Shown here one piece after another: positions 26,692 to 28,659 of a DNA stretch of 28,659 nucleotides. A program made the position numbers and the translations under genes. Positions within the stretch are counted from its first letter, which is position 1, and every line of letters begins with the position of its first letter. The stretch comes from Candidatus Woesebacteria bacterium (GTDB lineage: Bacteria; Patescibacteriota; Microgenomatia; UBA1400; PJMF01). Where the stretch lies: contig DAOOPX010000002.1 of the NCBI GenBank assembly GCA_035388465.1, positions 1 through 28,659 of the forward strand, in the 5' to 3' direction. Below the pieces are notes generated by a model, which worked only from the letters and a program-made list of their open reading frames with translations, made no database searches and was not told the origin of the DNA.

Positions 26692-26746
26692 AATATACTA
26701 AAAGGGACAAAGATCGTTCGTCGTAACGCATGCTACAATTTAAATC

Positions 26747-27481
26747 ATGTGCACCACCGCAGCGAAAAAACTCGGTAATACTTGGTTTTTGCTTAAAACC
26801 AGAGATCCTGTACCTTGGATGAGATGGGACGATGAGCTCAAACTTTTCAACTCAAAAACTGACAAGTTCCAAAAACTAATCATACAAAATCCCAATCTCC
26901 GCGAAGATGGCTATTACGGAGGAATCAATGAAAAAGGAGTGGCATATATTTCCACATTTGTGGGCGTGGCAGAAAACCAAATCAGCTACATTCGCAGACC
27001 ATACGTGCGTTTAATTCTGGAAGCGGCAACTGCTCACGAAGCAGTTGAAATTATTAAAGGATTCAATCCCAGAATTGGGGGAAATATGTTCGTCGCTGAC
27101 CAAAATGAGTGTTTTGGGATTGAGGCAGTTCCAGAACAATACTTTGTGGAAAAGATTACCGAACCAATGGTAAAAACCAATCATTTTATCAAGTTACCTA
27201 ATCGAAATTTGAGTTTTGATACTGATCCAAATTTTGAGCAGTGGTCAAAAGATCATTTTGATAGAGCTAGTGAGTTAATCACCACTGCAAATAGTTTAGA
27301 AGATTTTAAAAACCTTTTAAGAGACAGAAAAAATGCCGAAAAACACACTGCTATTTGCACCACCAAAGAAGAGGAAGAGTGTTGCACTTACTCGGCTTTT
27401 ATTTTTGATACTGGAAAAATAAAAGCCTACTACTGCCAGGGAAATCCGTTGGAAAACAAGTTTGAAGAGTATGGGTTTTAA
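26747..27481 (+). CDS. Ntn hydrolase (peptidase C45/acyltransferase-like)
   Basis: N-terminal M-C-T nucleophile, LKTRD, GGINEKGV, KTNHF. Confidence 0.75.
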   Translation: MCTTAAKKLGNTWFLLKTRDPVPWMRWDDELKLFNSKTDKFQKLIIQNPNLREDGYYGGINEKGVAYISTFVGVAENQISYIRRPYVRLILEAATAHEAVEIIKGFNPRIGGNMFVADQNECFGIEAVPEQYFVEKITEPMVKTNHFIKLPNRNLSFDTDPNFEQWSKDHFDRASELITTANSLEDFKNLLRDRKNAEKHTAICTTKEEEECCTYSAFIFDTGKIKAYYCQGNPLENKFEEYGF

Positions 27482-27495
27482 TTAAAAAAGCGCTG

Positions 27496-27619
27496 AGTTC
27501 TGGCCTCGACCTATCGTCCCTAAAGAATTGCTCCTATAAGTATTGTCGGCGCTGGGGCGTTTCAAGACTCTGTTCGGGAAGGGAAGAGTTGGGACCACCC
27601 CGCTCCAGAGACCAGAACT
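27496..27619 (-). rRNA. rrf: 5S rRNA
   Basis: Minus strand ..CCCAACTCTTCCCTTCCCGAACAGAGTCTTGAAACGCCCCAGCGCCGA..GGGACGATAGGTCG..; complementary ends; downstream of 23S. Ends approximate. Confidence 0.93.
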
Positions 27620-27743
27620 CAGCGCTTAGTCGTAACGCTTTACTTCGCCCCGCCGTCGGCGGGGCTCCGTAGAGCGAATACGCTAAAAGGTGAAGAGTAT
27701 TCTGCACAAGTTTCGCGGCATAAATTTTTTCCTAACTGGACTT

Positions 27744-28659
<916 letters not shown>

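Overview
A 28.7-kb chromosomal window from a small-genome bacterium using genetic code 11. Gene content and order (lepA-rpsT-murJ-pilN-pilO-FN3, DUF5657-like and PH-domain membrane proteins, twin class A PBPs, divergent rRNAs) suggest CPR/Patescibacteria, probably Microgenomates; this is an inference. The backbone runs: nrdJ (class II RNR, absent from the ORF track and cut by the left edge), nrdR, a CPBP protease, an archaeal-type Cmk-like kinase, a stand-alone RnlA-like HEPN protein, PBP1a, a GH18 hydrolase, a second PBP1a, cmk, smpB, lepA, rpsT, murJ, the pilN/pilO cluster, and the 3' end of an rRNA operon (5S plus about 0.9 kb of 23S, minus strand). Accessory inserts are a gluzincin + hicB-hicA islet, a racemase / frameshifted PNPOx-like / HepT-MntA islet next to smpB, and an intact IS30-family element. 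Features most worth following up: (1) a solo HEPN gene whose predicted promoter interlocks with the PBP1a promoter; (2) a near-perfect 32-bp AT-rich palindrome present twice, each about 120 bp upstream of an amino-acid/amide enzyme once the IS is removed; (3) HicA with its catalytic His replaced by Asn; (4) a G9 frameshift in a translationally coupled gene; (5) recurrent leaderless-type promoters; (6) an extra UUCG hairpin and a shortened H78 in 23S rRNA. All family assignments and E. coli rRNA numbering come from motif recognition and manual alignment from memory, not from database searches.
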